64,000 nt of DNA from Diplonema japonicum (Eukaryota > Protista > Euglenozoa: Diplonemea). How positions within the stretch are numbered: position 1 is the stretch's first letter; the number at the start of each line of letters is the position of its first letter. The stretch spans positions 372,001-436,000 of the forward strand of contig OZ025659.1 in assembly GCA_964019335.1 (NCBI GenBank), given 5' to 3'. The translations under genes and the position numbers were made by a program. A model generated the notes under the pieces. The model made no database searches. It saw nothing but the letters and a program-made list of their open reading frames with translations, and had not been told where the DNA came from. Below are positions 44,014 through 56,593 of the stretch, piece after piece.

Positions 44014-44498
44014 CTATTTTCATAGTGATGAGCATGGTTCTGACACTGACACCGTTTTTTTTTTTTTTTTTTTTTTTTTTTTCTTTACCTCCCTTTCTCC
44101 CGCTTCGATGCGAGGCAAAAAAAAAAAAAGAGAACTTTTTTTTTTATTTCAAAACTTTGATTTCCTTCAACAAAAAAAGAAGAAGAAGAAAAAAAAAGAA
44201 GAACATGATTGATGACTTGACATACTTGTGCTGGAAGAAAAGAAAAACTTGGGGGGGAAAAAAAAAGAAGAAAATTTGATAAATTTCGGTGTGCGGGAGG
44301 GTGCTCACCGTTGAGAAAAGAAAAACACCTTTTTTTTTACCCCCCCCTTTTCTATTGCGCTTTCTTCCGCGCGATCAACAATGAGATAGAGTCAAAACTT
44401 TATTTTATATAAAACCTCAAGCCGTGTAAATCCTCTTTCCCCTCCCACCCCACCCATTTTCTACAAATACTTAATCACACAGGAAAACATTAGAGGCG

Positions 44499-46419
44499 AT
44501 GGCGACGAAGAGTAAAAGAGTGAAAGTGAAGAGTGACATGCTGACAGCAGAGCCCACAGGGCTGGTGCTGAACAAGCAAGAGTTAAATAGTATTAAGGAC
44601 ATTGCCTACACGTACCCTGACGAGGAGTTCATGTACCTGCGAGAGAACGAGTTTGATACATTCGATCCTTACAACAAACTGGACAACCTGAAGGTGCTGG
44701 ACCTTTCATTGAACAGCATCGACACCTGCGACTTCCTGTGGGGAGGCCGACTCAGTAAGGAGAGTCTTAGAGAAGCCCAGCTGCCCAGGTTGCGTCACTT
44801 GTATCTTACTGGAAACTGCATCCAGTCTCTGGAAGGATTCACCCAACTGGACAAGCTTGAGACCCTTGCGCTGTCTAGCAACAACATCCAGTCCTTTGAA
44901 GGTCTTGGCGACCTCCCCAACCTGAGGGTTCTTTCCTTGAACTTCAACGATATCAGCAACTTCAAGCACTTCCCCTTCCTCCCTTCGCTCCACGCCCTGA
45001 ACTTGATAGGGAACCCTATTGCTGATGGAGACGACCCCGAGGGACACAACCACTTCCGCAGGATGGCCATCGCCCTCTCCGGCGAACAGCTCTGCAAGAT
45101 CGACGGTGTCCCCATCACTAAGGAAGAGGTCGACAGTGCGCAAGCCTACAGGGGCAAAATAGTATTCTGCATGATGGAGGGCTTCGTGCCGCCCATGTGC
45201 GTAGACGACACGACCGTCGAGGACGAGGCCGAGAAGTTCCTCCTCAAGGTCCAGCAGAAGGCAACCGAAGACATGCCTCTCCGTCTTCAGTCCATCCACC
45301 TGGAGCCCGGCCGCAGGAAGCCCTGCCCTGAAGGCTCTGGCAAGTCCGGGTACCCCGGCCCCTGCCCCCCCACCGAAGGAAAGCCCATCACCCTTAACGT
45401 CTGCCTCCAGGACACCAGGCCCGTTAGCAAGAGGAAGACAGAGATCTTCCACTCGCAGTGGATCTTCCCTGTCACCTTCAAAGCCGCAGGCGATGCCCAT
45501 GAGGTCTACGTGGTGGGAAGCATGGACCAGTGGCAGGACCAGATTGCCCTGGAGAGGGTGGAGGTGGAAGGCAAGGACGGTTTGCCGCAGGTGTCCTTCC
45601 AGACGAACCTGTACCTGTGCCCTGGGGAGTACGAGTACAGGTACATCGTGGATCAGGTGGAGAAGATCGCTGAGGAGAGGAGGAGGACCAGCAGGTTCGG
45701 GAAGGGTATGTGCAACTACTGCCCGGTGCAGAGCAGCACGTTCCCGGACGCGGAAGAGGAGGACAGGGACACGATCCTGTACATCAGGTGGCTGAGGAGC
45801 AACTCAACCAACGGGTGGAGCTTGATCCACGACGAGAACGGGCTGAGCTACACCCCCACAGCGGCGGATGTTGGTCTGTGCCTGCGCGCGGAGGTGCTGT
45901 CGTACCTGGACGGGCAGTTCACATCCATCATGTTCGACATCACATGCCCCATCGAGCCGGCAGAGCCGGAGTGCACCTCCATCAAGATCGAGGGTGAGAA
46001 CGAGGAAGGCCGCAAGCTGTTCTGCAGTGCGGACTACATGGGCGGGAACGAGGGCGTCCCTGTTCTGACGTGGGTGAGGATCCTCCCTGACGGGAGGGAC
46101 GAGGCGTTGAACTGCAGAAACTGGGAGTACTTGTGCACGAACGAGGACGTGGGCTGCCGCATCAAGGTCATCTACACACCCGTACGTGACGATGGGAGGG
46201 AAGGCGAACCCCGTTCGTGTGAGTCGAACGTGGTGACGCCAGCACGCCCTACCATCGACGCGCCGCAGTTTGTGGGCGAGCTGAGAGGAGGGAACGAGAT
46301 CGCGATCGAGTACGAGTTCATCGGGGGCGTGGAAGGGGCCTCGAGGTACCAGTGGTTCCGTCATGATGTTGAAGGCGACACCTTCATCCCCATCAAGGGG
46401 GAGACGTCTCACGTATGGG

Positions 46420-46450
<31 letters not shown>

Positions 46451-46572
46451 AGTCGTACCACACCACTGACGAGGATGTCAGTCATATGTTGATGGTTGAG
46501 GTCACCCCCATAAACACTGCTGGTGTTGAGGGCGCCACAGAGGAGCTCGTCACAGAGGAGATCCAGGATTGA
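44499..46572 (+). CDS. AIR9: AIR9-like microtubule-associated protein (LRR + CBM48-like insert + A9 Ig-like repeats)
   Basis: SDS22-type LRRs; A9 motifs YTPTAADVG, YMGGNEG and YTPVRDDGREG. Intron 46413-46452 completes the last A9 repeat (YHTTDEDV...VEVTP). Confidence 0.8.
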
Positions 46573-47244
46573 TCTCCTTCTTGAGAGCAAGTGTCTTTCT
46601 TCAGCTTTCCCCCCCCCCCTTTTTTCTTGTTCACACACCCCCCCCTTTTTTTCCCAAAAAAAAGAGGGAAAGATCCGATTTTTTTTTCCCCCCCACTTTC
46701 CCCACTTTTTTTTTCTCTTCCCTTGCACGGAAGTGCGTGCTCACACACACAAAACCTTTGTACCCCTCTCAAGTGTAGTCTGGTTCTTATACTTTTTTTT
46801 CCCTCCTTTTCTTTATTCCCCCCGTTGTCTTCCCATCCATCTTTTTTTTTCTTTTACCCATACCCTATTCCTCCTCCTCCGCAGCCTTCAGCTGGGCGAA
46901 CGTGTGGGTCGATTGATGATTGTTTTTATTTTTATACTTTTTTATTTACCCCTCGTTCCCCCCTTTTTTTTCTCTCCGTTCTCGTCACATTAAAAAGAAG
47001 AGGGGGGGGGGGGGGGAGGGTAGGCCAGTGACTCAAAGCGGTGACAATTAACCCCCCCCCCCACATCGTGGTTTTGTGCATGCTCCTTACTAGATTTTCA
47101 CCAACCATCCCCCCTTTTCTTTTTTATCCCCCCGTCTTGTCCCCCCCCCATTATTTTTTATTATCTTCCCGAACTTTTTTATTCATTTTTTTTTACCTCC
47201 AAAAAAAAAGAAAAAGAGGGCGGGAGGGGGAGAGAGGAAAAAAA

Positions 47245-48324
47245 ATGCCAGGTAATTTCCTCATATTATTGTCTGTAGCTTCGACAGCTCAGACAGAAGG
47301 GGCGCTGCAGTTAATCGACAGTATACAAGGGACAAGGGTGTTGAAAGCAACGAGGGGGATGGATGAAGTGGGTGGGTTTGTCGGTTGCTTCACAGAAGGC
47401 ATCGTTTGCACAGGTGGTGCAGGAGGAAGCAAGGTGGCCGTCGCTGCGATCCACGCACCCGGGAAAGAACTAGATGGGAGCCTGCCAGACAATATTTCAC
47501 CTGGGCTGGTCGAAGAACTCCGCGCCATCAACTTGTACAGGAACGCAATAAAAGGGACCATACCAAGCTGGCTGGGCAGCATGCGGCACCTGGAGGTTCT
47601 AGACCTATGCCGGAACGATCTAAGCGGAACTGTCCCAGAAGCTTTAAGCAACTTGGAGAATTTAATAGAACTGTGCCTTTGTGGAAACCGGTTGTCAGGG
47701 ACAATCCCTGTAGGACTGGTACAAAACATGAAAAAAATATCGAGATTTTTGATTCAAGACAATGTATTTACAGGGGTCCTGCCCTCCCTTCGCAATCTTC
47801 CGAGCCTGAGAGAGATCGACGGAAGCTCCAATAGATTCACAGGGGTTGTGGCGTCTCTGAAAGGAATGGGTCAGTTAGAGTACATAATTCTGAACAAAAA
47901 CCTTCTAACAGGTGGCCTCGAGTTCGGTCCAGGCGAACTAGGTTCATTGAAACACCTTCTCTTGCAGGAGAACATGTTGCATGGAACGCTGTCTCACAGT
48001 TTGTCCTTCTTGCCCTCTCTTCGCACGCTTAACATAAGCCACAATGCTTTCTTTGGCACCTTCCCGACCTCCCTTAAGAACAGCCTCCCGAACCTAACCA
48101 TAGACGCTACGCATAATTTTTTTACCGTTTCCGAGGTGTTTGAAGAGCGATGTGCCCCACCGTCGCTTTCCCCCCTCTCGACACTGGCGCTGCTTCTGTC
48201 CTGGGTGTGGCTTGTCGGGAGAGGATGCCAATGGCCTTTCAACAGAAAACAGTCATTGGCGCTCATGATGCGGCAAGCATTCTTTTGCTTGATAGGATGG
48301 GCATGTTTATTAGTACCCAGTTAA
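47245..48324 (+). CDS. Extracellular plant-type LRR protein (receptor-like/PSA-like)
   Basis: LxxLxLxxNxLxGxIP repeats, signal peptide, hydrophobic C-terminus. Confidence 0.85.
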   Translation: MPGNFLILLSVASTAQTEGALQLIDSIQGTRVLKATRGMDEVGGFVGCFTEGIVCTGGAGGSKVAVAAIHAPGKELDGSLPDNISPGLVEELRAINLYRNAIKGTIPSWLGSMRHLEVLDLCRNDLSGTVPEALSNLENLIELCLCGNRLSGTIPVGLVQNMKKISRFLIQDNVFTGVLPSLRNLPSLREIDGSSNRFTGVVASLKGMGQLEYIILNKNLLTGGLEFGPGELGSLKHLLLQENMLHGTLSHSLSFLPSLRTLNISHNAFFGTFPTSLKNSLPNLTIDATHNFFTVSEVFEERCAPPSLSPLSTLALLLSWVWLVGRGCQWPFNRKQSLALMMRQAFFCLIGWACLLVPS

Positions 48325-48508
48325 AGAAAGGAGAGTGACATTTATATGTCATCGAAATAAGAAGAAGAAAAAAAAAGAAGAAAAAAAACCCTCTTTTATT
48401 TACCCCTCCTTTTTTTTCCCTTCCCCAACAAAAATAAATACAAAAAACTTTTAAAAAAAAAGGGGGGAGGGAGGGGGGTGTTGGAGGGGGACCGCGGAGA
48501 AGCCGGGA

Positions 48509-48547
<39 letters not shown>

Positions 48548-48551
<4 letters not shown>

Positions 48552-50597
48552 ACCTCCCACAATTAGAACCCAGCACGGACATGGGTAGATCGATGGGAAG
48601 ACTCACAACAGACAGGGTACTGGTGGCGGTGAGGGTGAGGCCAATGTCTGCTGGGAAGGCAGACGGTGGAGCACAGCAACGGGTGGTCGTAGGCGACTCA
48701 GATCTGAAACTGGTCATCGCCGACGACAAGAAAACGAGAAAGAAGGAGTTCCCTTACGACTATGTCTTCAGCCAGGGACAGGACGAAATATACGATTGCA
48801 TCGGGAAGCAAATGTTAAAGGAGGCTTTCGACGGCTTCAACGTCTGCCTCTTCGCCTACGGGCAAACCGGATCAGGGAAAACATACACGCTTCAAGGCCT
48901 ACCAGGAGCAGGTCTCCCAAAAGACACACCACCCACCACGGAAAACGAAGGTCTGACCCCCCGACTATGCCGCGACCTATTCTCAATAATTCAGTTGAAA
49001 CTCGACGCGGACCCCTCGCTTCAGATCAGAGTGACGCTTTCTCTTACCGAAGTCTACAATGAAAAAGTGAGGGATTTACTACCAGCGACGAAAAATCCGA
49101 AAGGCCAGGAACCGCCGTCATTAGATGTGTATGAGACTCCGGAGAAACGGATAGAGGTGAAAGGGCTTGCAAAGCACACTGTTATAGGGTACGAGCGGCT
49201 TATAACATTGATCCAACAGGGGAACAGCAACAGGGAGGTTGCGGAGACGAAGATGAACGAGTGCTCGTCCCGTTCCCACCAGATTCTGCAGCTCCACGTA
49301 GTTCAACAGTATGACAAGGTGGACAGCTCGCAGGAAAAACGAGACTGTGAATCGTACATCACACTAGTCGATCTGGCAGGCTCTGAGAGACAAAGCAAAA
49401 CGGGAACCAGCGGCGAACAGTTCAGAGAATCAACACACATCAACCAATCGCTTCTCATGTTGGGACGAGCACTAAACAGTTTCTCCAGAGAGGGTAAACA
49501 AAAGGAAAGGGTCCCGCTTCGTGATTCTAAACTCACAAGGCTTCTATCTGAGTCCTTCGGTGGAAACTCAAAAACATGGATGCTCGCCGCTGTTTCGCCT
49601 TCCGTGTACAATTGGACTGAAACGCTCTCTACGTTGAACTACGCGTCGTCGGCGAAAAATATTACCAATCATGCGAAGCAGAATAGGCTTGCTCGTGCGT
49701 TGGAGCTGCACGAATTGAAGGAAACGAACAAGGGATTGCAGGCGGCCTTGGACAGAGAGCTTGCAAAGCACAAAACTATGGAACAGGAAATCGCCCGTTT
49801 AGAGAGGGAAAAAGAAAGCCTTCTGGCGAACCAAACTGTCAAGAAAGAGGTGGAAAAGATGCAAACTGAAGCGATGAATCTGAAATCCGCAAGGCAGAGA
49901 AAACTGGACGAATCTACTATCATGACACCACCCACAGCGGCACCCTCTTACGGGCTCACAACGCCAAGCGAAGGGATGTTTGTGGGGCGCGCGAAAATAT
50001 CTTTGAAAAACATTATCGAGCAAACATCAAACTACCATACACTCCCGTTGTCAAACGAGGGCAAGGTGGCTGACGGGTACAATGCTACGCTAGTTGTAAA
50101 TATCTATCCCGTAGACCATCAGGTATTTCTCTCTTTTTTTTTTTCCCCCCCCTACGAACAATTTCAAACAGGGCTCAGCAGATATCGAGAAGAAAGTTGC
50201 CGAAAAAGATCTTCTCGGGCAACGAGTCGATTTTGTTGTGCATGTTATTTGTGCGAAAGGGGTGCCCAGGGCTTTCAACGAGTTGGTGTACTGCCAGTAC
50301 TTGTACAAGTGGGCGGAGAAGGATAAGTATAAGACTCTCGAAGTTGCAAAGGATTCGGATCCCGAGTTTGATTTCAAGAAACGGTTTGCATTCTCCAAAA
50401 TGAACCAATCGCTCGTCGAGTACTTCCGGTCCGATAGCGTAATTATCTTTGAGGTCATCGGAAAATCCAACGGGGGGTCAATACCCCAGGTTTCAAAGCC
50501 GAGCCTGTCCTCTAGCACCACTTCCTCATCTTCTTCCTCTTGGTCCGCTCGCCAGCCGCGACACGCACCCACTGCACGAAGGAGGCGGCATGATTGA
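48548..50597 (+). CDS. Kinesin (kinesin-3-like motor) with coiled coil and C-terminal C2-like domain
   Basis: FAYGQTGSGKT, NECSSRSH, LVDLAGSE and VPLRDSKLTRLL. Intron 50123-50171 joins the C-terminal exon. Confidence 0.9.
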
Positions 50598-51117
50598 AAT
50601 AATAATTTTTTTCTCTTTGGTTGTTTCTAATGATAAGTGTTGAGTACAAAAAAAACCCCCCTAGAATTTAGAAGAAAAAAAAAAAGAAAAAAAGAGGGGA
50701 TCAAAAAAAAAGAAAAAAAAAAAGGAATGAGGTTTTTGAAATAGATTTTTTATTATTTTTTTTTTTGGTGGAAAGAAGAAAAAGAAAAAAAAAGGCATTG
50801 AGAATACAAAAAAAGAAGGGATAGAGGGGGAGGGAGGGGGGGAGAGAGAGAGAAAGGAGAGGGAGAGTCCTTTTTTTTGTTATGTAAATGTAGAAGTACT
50901 GTCACCCCCCTATTTTTTTTTCTTATTCTTGGTATCACTTTTTTTTTTAAAGGGACTTTTCATCCCCTCCCTCCCCTCACCACTTGTTGATTTCTTTGAT
51001 TTTTTTTTCTTCGTAAATTCTTTTTTTACTTTATCCCGTTTTTTTTTTTTTTTATTGCCCCATCCCTTTCAACCTCATACCCACTGATTCTGCCATTTTT
51101 TTTACCATACCTCCACC

Positions 51118-51152
<35 letters not shown>

Positions 51153-51510
51153 TCTAGAAAAAGAAAAAAAAAATTGTTTATTTTCTCTCCATTCAAAAAA
51201 GACCCCCTTAGGTATTTCCCCCTTTCTTCCCCTCCCCTCTTATTACTGTTATTTTGTCAGAAACATCCTATTTTTTTCTCTCCTTTGTATCCTTGTGGTG
51301 GCTTGAGCCGTAGAGGCGGCAGTTCTAGTCTGGTAGCATCCCCAGCAGGCCACCCTGGCCTTCTTCCGCGTTGCGGGGGACCTTTTAAATTGGCCTTCAC
51401 TCATTTCCCTGTATGAGTAATATCTCCATTCCTTCTTCTTGTCGTAGAGCTCCTTTCCCTAGGAAAATACACACGAAAAAAGAAAAAAAAGGTTATTTTA
51501 CAAAAAAAAA

Positions 51511-52774
51511 ATGTCAATTCTTCAGGCTTACGTGTACAAATACGTGAAGGCCAACGCCAGCGACAAGTGCGCTAAGGCGTTTGCCTCGGCATGCAGCGGC
51601 GCTGAGAAGGTATGACCGCTATTATCTAGTTTAACCTAAACGCAGGAGGCCGAGAAGCTGACCAACAAGCTCGAGGACATCGTGACCCTGCCTGCCGCAG
51701 CTGACGACTCCTCGTCGGACTCTTCCTCTTCTTCTTCTTCCGCGAAGCCCGCCCCCAAGGCGGTCGCCAAGAAGGACGACTCTGACTCCGACTCCGACTC
51801 CACCGACTCCTCGTCCTCCGCCAAGCCCGCCAAGGCCTCCACCCCCAAGAAGTCCCCTGCGGCTGTCGCCAAGAAGGCTGTCAAGAAGGACGACTCTTCC
51901 TCTTCCGACTCCGACTCCGACTCTTCCGACTCCTCGGACAAGAAGACCAAGAAGTCCCCCGCCGCTGCCCCCAAGGCCGCCAAGAAGGACGACTCTGACT
52001 CCGACTCCGACTCCGACTCTGACTCCTCCTCCTCGTCCTCGGACGAGAAGCCCACCAAGGTCGCGACCCCCAAGGCCACCCCTGCCGTGGGTGAGAAGAG
52101 GGAGCGTGAGGAATCCGAGTGGGCCCCCAAGCCCGAGGGTGGCAAGAAGGGTAAGAAGGGAGGCAAGAAGGGCGGTAAGAAGGGCGGCAAGGGCGAGGAC
52201 AGGCCTTGGTTGAGCGACGAGGACTTCAGGAAGATGCAGGCGGAGAAGCAGGTTTACATCAAGGTATGGTGTTGAAACCTCTTTTTTTTCATTGTTCATT
52301 CACACCACAGCACGTTCCCGAGGAGTGTGAGGAGACCGACGTGAGGACCGCCTTCGACGGGTACTGGGTTGAGAGGATGAAGTGGATGGACAGGGAGGGC
52401 TGGACCGGTGTTGGTTTCATCACCCTTGAGAGCAAGGAGGCCGCTATTGCTGCTGGTGAGAAGGTACGACAAAAAAAATAATTTTTTGGGGGAAAAAAAT
52501 TTTTTTTTTTCTCCAGGGCTCTGTCGACATCAAGGGTACCTCTTGCTTCGTGGAGTGGGCTGGTAAGCCCCGTGAGGGGTTCGGCGGTGGCGGTGACAAG
52601 GGCGGTAAGAAGGGTGGCAAGAAGGGTGACAAGGGTGGTAAGAAGGGTGGCAAGAAGGGCGACAAGGGTGGTAAGAAGGGTGGCAAGAAGGGACCCCCTT
52701 CCACCAACGCCCAGTCTTTCGACATGAACGCCACTGGTGCCAACACCAAGGAGACCTTCTCCGACAGTGACTAA
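51511..52774 (+). CDS. Nucleolar phosphoprotein, Nopp140/nucleolin hybrid (LisH-like, acidic-Ser/basic repeats, one RRM, GGKK repeats)
   Basis: Exons 51511-51609, 51646-52263, 52311-52463 and 52517-52774 (introns of 36, 47 and 53 nt). RNP2 VYIKHVP, RNP1 GVGFITL, C-terminus TKETFSDSD; strongly biased codons. Confidence 0.85.
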
Positions 52775-53149
52775 ACAACACGCTAAAATTAAAATAAATT
52801 GAAGGAAAAAAGAAGAAAAAACAAAGGTTTTTTTTTTTTTCCCTCCTTTTTTTTGCTGTGTAATAAATTAAAGTCATCAAAACATTCTGCATTTTCACTC
52901 TCCCTTTCTTCCAGTTTGTCATTTTTTTTTTCTTCCTCTCCCGTTTATTTTTTTCGCCCCCCCCTCCACCCAACCCCCGTTCATTTTTGTGTCAAACCAA
53001 AAAAAAAAATTTTTTTTTTCTATCATTCTTCTTTTTTTTCTTTTTTTCTTTCCCCCCATTTAATCACGCTTTTTTTTCTTTTTTTTTTTTTTTCTTTCCC
53101 CAAAACGGTCATATATATAAAAAAAAAGGGGTGTTATTAAAACCAGAAA

Positions 53150-54160
53150 ATGTCCGGAAAGTTGAAATTTTACAGCGAGAAGCTGGCCGGCTACAAGAAG
53201 TTCTATCAGATTGTAAGCACCATCAAGAGAGTAGCCCTGTCAAAGTACCAGGCTGGTGTGGCAAGGACCAAGACCAGGGACTACACCCTGAGGTACAGCA
53301 AGAAGGCCTTCGACCACGTGTACGAGGGGAAGGAGGAGGCTGATCTCTGCCGCCAATTCTCCACCACCTACGTTCCCATCGGCACCAACCGTGGTAACTG
53401 CGGTCCTTTGAACTCTGCCAACTACAAGTACCTCAACACCATCAGGGACGAAGACCCGAAGGCGATTGACATTCTTCCCATCGGGAAGAAGGGCCACGAC
53501 TCCATCCCTAAGATCTTCCCTGAGTACTACAAGATGTCCTGCATCAACGATGACAAGCAGGCAAAGTCCCTCGTGTGGGCCAACTACGTGATGGAGTACG
53601 TGGAAATGGATTCCGATAAGGAACGTCTTCAGGTATTTTTTTTTTTTTTTTTCCAAAAAAACTTTTTTTTCTTAGATTATTTACAACCGTTACGTTTCTG
53701 CCGGTGTGCAGACCCTCAAGTCGATGAACCTGCCTTCTTTTGACGCGTTTTGCGAGGCGGTCGCAGCTGCGTCTGAGAACGAGCCTGCGGAGGGGTCCAA
53801 CTACCGTTTCTTCAACGCCATCCTGGACATGGAGGAGGACGATGTGAAGGATTTCTTCAACTTCCACCGTACCCTGTGCATGCTGTACTGTGTGTCTGAG
53901 AACGAGCTTTCTGAGTATGGGAAAATAAAAAAAAAAAAATAATAAAAAAAAAACACAGGCACGCTGCGCGTATCATCGCCGTGGAGGGTCAGCTCACCAA
54001 CATCGCGCAGCTCCGTGACGAGTCCCAGATGCTCTTCAACAAGACCCGTCAGGGTGCCATCACCACCGCTCTTATCGAGATCTTGTCCGCCATGACTGCG
54101 ATGGCTGACGCGCAGAAGGGATCCGGCATTGTCAAGGACAACTTCTGGGAGACCGCCTAA
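53150..54160 (+). CDS. ATP3: Mitochondrial F1-ATP synthase gamma subunit (euglenozoan type)
   Basis: Exons 53150-53632, 53676-53914 and 53959-54160. NRGNCG and ENELSEHAARIIAVEGQLTNI...NKTRQGAITTALIEILSAM. Confidence 0.95.
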
Positions 54161-54490
54161 GCATTTTTTTTTTTTTTTTAAATTTTGTGAAGTGGATATT
54201 TTTCCTTTTTGAACAATGGGGGCAGGGCATTGACATCGTCTTTTTTTTTTTTTTTTTTTTTTTCCTCTTTTTTTTTCGGGTTTTTTTAGTGTCTTTTTTT
54301 TTTTTTGCCTCATTTTCACCCTCCCCCCTTCCCCCTGGGATTTATTTTTTCTTGGCTTTTTTTTCCCCCCGACCCTGATCTCGTTATTCATTCCCCCCGT
54401 TTACTTTTTTGACCCCTCTTTATTTTTGGTATTTGACACTTATTTTTTTTTCTGGCCGAATAATTATGTTACAGGCAACACAGAGGTGGG

Positions 54491-56363
54491 ATGTCGGACA
54501 CTAGGGCCCAGTCTACAGGGCCGAGTCTTGTGGCAGCCAAGCGCGTCCTAGCGAGGATTGACAGACTGCAAGAAGATCTGACCACAATGAAGGGGATGCT
54601 GCGAAAAGCGCAAAGGAGGGGCAACAAGAAAGAAGCCGATACACTGAAAATCTGTATCCCCTTCGTCGAAGAAAGATTAGGGAGCCTCAAGAAACGTAGC
54701 GAGGCGTACACAGGTGTTCCCCTCGCATTGTTAAGAGACGGGCAGCACAACATCGCCCAGAAGCTTGCTATGATAAAGGACCTCTTGAACCAAACACCTC
54801 CCCTCGAGTCGTCCAGTGAGTCGTCTTCGTCTTCTTCTTCATCTTCTGAGGCCTTTGAACCATCTCTCCTCCCGCCCACCTACCACAACCCCTTCATGGC
54901 ATCTCCTTACCGCTCTAAAAAGTCTTCCAAAAAAGGTGGGGACTTGTACTCTAAGGCTTTAAAGCCCCCCGCTAGGCTTGGGTATTCGCACCACCATCAC
55001 CACCACCACCACCATGCTATGGGGTTTTACGGTGCCTCTCCATATGGGTACATGCCGCCGCCGCCTCCTCTTCCTCCGGGTCACGCAGGGCCCGGGATGC
55101 AGTTCCCGAACATGCCAAACATGGGGTATTACTATGGGCAGCACCAGCATCAACATCAACATCAGCATCAGCATCAACATCAACATCAGCATTTCCACCA
55201 CCACCACCATCAGCATCAGCAGTACGCTGACCCCACTGCAGGCGGTGCAACGATGCCGGCTGCCCACTCGATGCAGGCACAGCCCCCGCCTCCCGTGCAG
55301 GTGCCTACAGCGCAAGATGCGAAACCAATCGTGCCCGAGTCGTTTGGTCAGCAGCCGCCGCAAATGCAGCACGTGCAACAGCAGCAACAACACCAGCCGA
55401 GGCTGCAACGGCCAGCACCCTTGACAGAGGTAAGCCCCGAGCTCACCTCGCTTCCCACGCCAGCAGTGCCGACTGTGAAGACGGAAAGCATTGCAACCCC
55501 GGTGTCCCTGCCCCTGCCCCTCCCCAACCCCGCTGCAACGGCAGACTATCGAGACCAAGCGCCTCACAGGCCGCCCAAGGTGTCGGGTGGTCCCCTACAA
55601 CACATAGAGCCTACAGAGACCAATGCGCAGAGGTACATCTCAGTGATGAGTCTTGAAACAGTGGTCACGGCAGTGTCGAAGATGGCATCGCACCTGAAGC
55701 TGCACAATGCGAAGCTGGCGGTCACACGGTACACGTTGAGCGACGACACCGACAAGAAGTGGCGGGAGCGGAAGAGGGTGCTTGACGTGCTGAAGACGGT
55801 GCCGAAGCTCATCGAGTCCAAGACACGCGACGTGGCGTTCCCTCTCAAGGGCTGGTGTCTGGTGGAGCTGGTGAGGTTCTACAACAACGGGTGCGGCCCT
55901 GTGCAGGCATATGACGAAAGGTTCAAGGAGGTACTGAAGGGTGCCGCGTCTCGCGACAGAGTGACAGCCTTGGGGCTGGACCACATTACAGCAGAGCTGG
56001 TCCATGTGATCTTGAACCACGTGCACGATGTTGGCGGGGACATCGAGGTGTGCAGGTCCTTCGCGAAGGCAATGGCAGCTCACTGGCAGCAACACGACAT
56101 TGAAGAGCTGGCCGCGTCCCTCCATGCCATGAGCAGCGACCGCACGGTGGATTTCACCTACCAGTTCACCGAAAAGCGCCCCACGAGCACTGTTATCAAT
56201 CGTGCCTTCAGCACCGCTGATGACTTCGGTGATGATGACGACGACGAGGCTAGCGTCCTAGCATCTTTTAGAGGCGGGTTCAGCACACGGTCCACCAGCG
56301 CACGGGTAGGGAAGAAGTCGAGCAATTTATTCGGCAGCAGTAGAATCACATCTGCGTATGTGC

Positions 56364-56394
<31 letters not shown>

Positions 56395-56448
56395 ATTCAA
56401 CACTTTCACGACAGAGGAAACAAAGACGACGAGTTCATGTACAATTAA
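54491..56448 (+). CDS. Pro/His/Gln-rich low-complexity protein with folded C-terminal half
   Basis: Long ORF; probable terminal intron 56356-56414 giving ...SAGNKDDEFMYN*. Poly-His and (HQ)n tracts. Confidence 0.7.
55142..55220 (+). repeat. Coding (CAY-CAR)n microsatellite encoding (HQ)n and poly-His
   Basis: CACCAGCATCAACATCAACATCAGCATCAG... within the CDS. Confidence 0.9.
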
Positions 56449-56593
56449 AATTAAGAAACCCCTCTAGAGAAGAAAAAAAAACATGTTTATTAAGATTGTC
56501 CCCCCCCCCCCCCCCCTTTGTTTTTGTCCTCCTGCTCCAGTGTAACCAAGTAACGCAAAAAAAAAAAAAAAATAGTTTTTTTTAAATTTTTCC

